Assembly (NCBI GenBank): GCA_949292375.1
Contig: CASEZG010000001.1
Coordinates: 60,679 to 124,678, forward strand
DNA length: 64,000 nucleotides
Origin: an uncultured Pseudomonadota bacterium
GTDB taxonomy: Bacteria > Pseudomonadota > Alphaproteobacteria > RF32 > CAG-239
Reading direction: 5' to 3'
Each line of letters begins with the position of its first letter. Position 1 is the stretch's first letter. Shown here in pieces: positions 63,664-64,000 of the stretch. The notes beneath the pieces are model-generated. The model saw nothing but the letters and a program-made list of their open reading frames with translations. It was not told the origin of the DNA and did not search any database. The translations under genes were made by a program, and so were the position numbers.

Positions 63664-64000
63664 TAGTTCGGAAGAGCTGTCAGGCTATTGCGTTGTTCTC
63701 TGGTCATGGCTTTGTAAACTTGCGCCGCGTTGTTGTTGGCTCCGGGAACTTTTAAAGCTGAAGCTTTTTGGTATAGATGAAAAGCTTTTACCAGATCAGG
63801 TTTTATTCCTATACCTCTGGCATTCATCCAGGCATAAATTTCTATGGCTTCGGCTTCGTTATTGTTGACGTGTTTTTGTAATTCTTCCAGGTCAACAGGA
63901 GTTATTTGGTTGTTCTTAATTGCTTTGAGCGTATTTTGCCATCTTTCTTGAGCTGCTTTTAAGGCTGCTTCTCTTTTTGCTCTTTCACTTTCCAGATTTA
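63664..64000 (-). CDS. C-terminal 111 aa of a protein continuing beyond the window, possibly Sel1/TPR-like repeat
   Basis: The minus-strand frame is open from the window edge to the TAA at 63664-63666 (...IEIYAWMNARGIGIKPDLVKAFHLYQKASAL...). It is missing from the ORF track because it has no internal Met-initiated ORF of at least 60 aa. Confidence 0.35.

Overview
The window appears to be a core chromosomal segment of an AT-rich, apparently genome-reduced alphaproteobacterium. GC content looks roughly 38%. A RopA/Omp2-type porin, an IalB-family protein and a CcrM-like methyltransferase give it a Rhizobiales-like flavour. Almost the whole window is tightly packed housekeeping genes. The first block is dnaA (partial), a NUDIX gene, dnaN, recF, an ABC exporter, EIIA(Man)-NPr and a ccrM-like gene. 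Then come lolA, xthA, a porin plus an atypical regulator, nadM/nadE and gyrB. These are followed by rppH, a YibQ gene, ctpA, an M23 peptidase, gpmI, a class A PBP and polA. Next are rlmN, ialB, cca, then recR-ybaB-dnaX with the SRP RNA (ffs) directly upstream of dnaX, and lpoA/rsmI/yraN, cvpA and radA. mlaFE, hprK and tsaE follow. The window closes with the origin-proximal block parB-parA-rsmG-mnmG-mnmE-rho, then coaE-dnaQ, an SDR gene, yicC, gmk and a NUDIX gene. I found no tRNA, rRNA, CRISPR array, transposase or integrase. Three insertions interrupt otherwise conserved synteny. (i) Between gyrB and rppH sits a 742-aa protein with an HExxH plus Cys4 (archaemetzincin/SprT-like) motif, a QN repeat and an unknown C-terminal half, followed by a 266-aa hypothetical. 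(ii) Between mnmG and rsmG sits a three-gene set: two paralogous HDIG-type HD phosphohydrolases and a PHP-family phosphatase that is frameshifted in an A/T homopolymer. (iii) Between mnmE and rho sits a five-gene island: a HAD hydrolase, two paralogous membrane proteins, an S66 LD-carboxypeptidase-like gene and a 611-aa unknown. Other points of note are a 46-aa Asn/Ser-rich peptide gene with a C-terminal HCGC motif that is absent from the ORF track; a 490-bp rho-coaE intergenic region carrying a perfect DnaA box inside an inverted repeat, degenerate DnaA boxes and a TTAA-N7-TTAAC CtrA box that overlaps a GANTC site, making it a candidate oriC or cell-cycle control region; and an orphan RHH protein upstream of polA.
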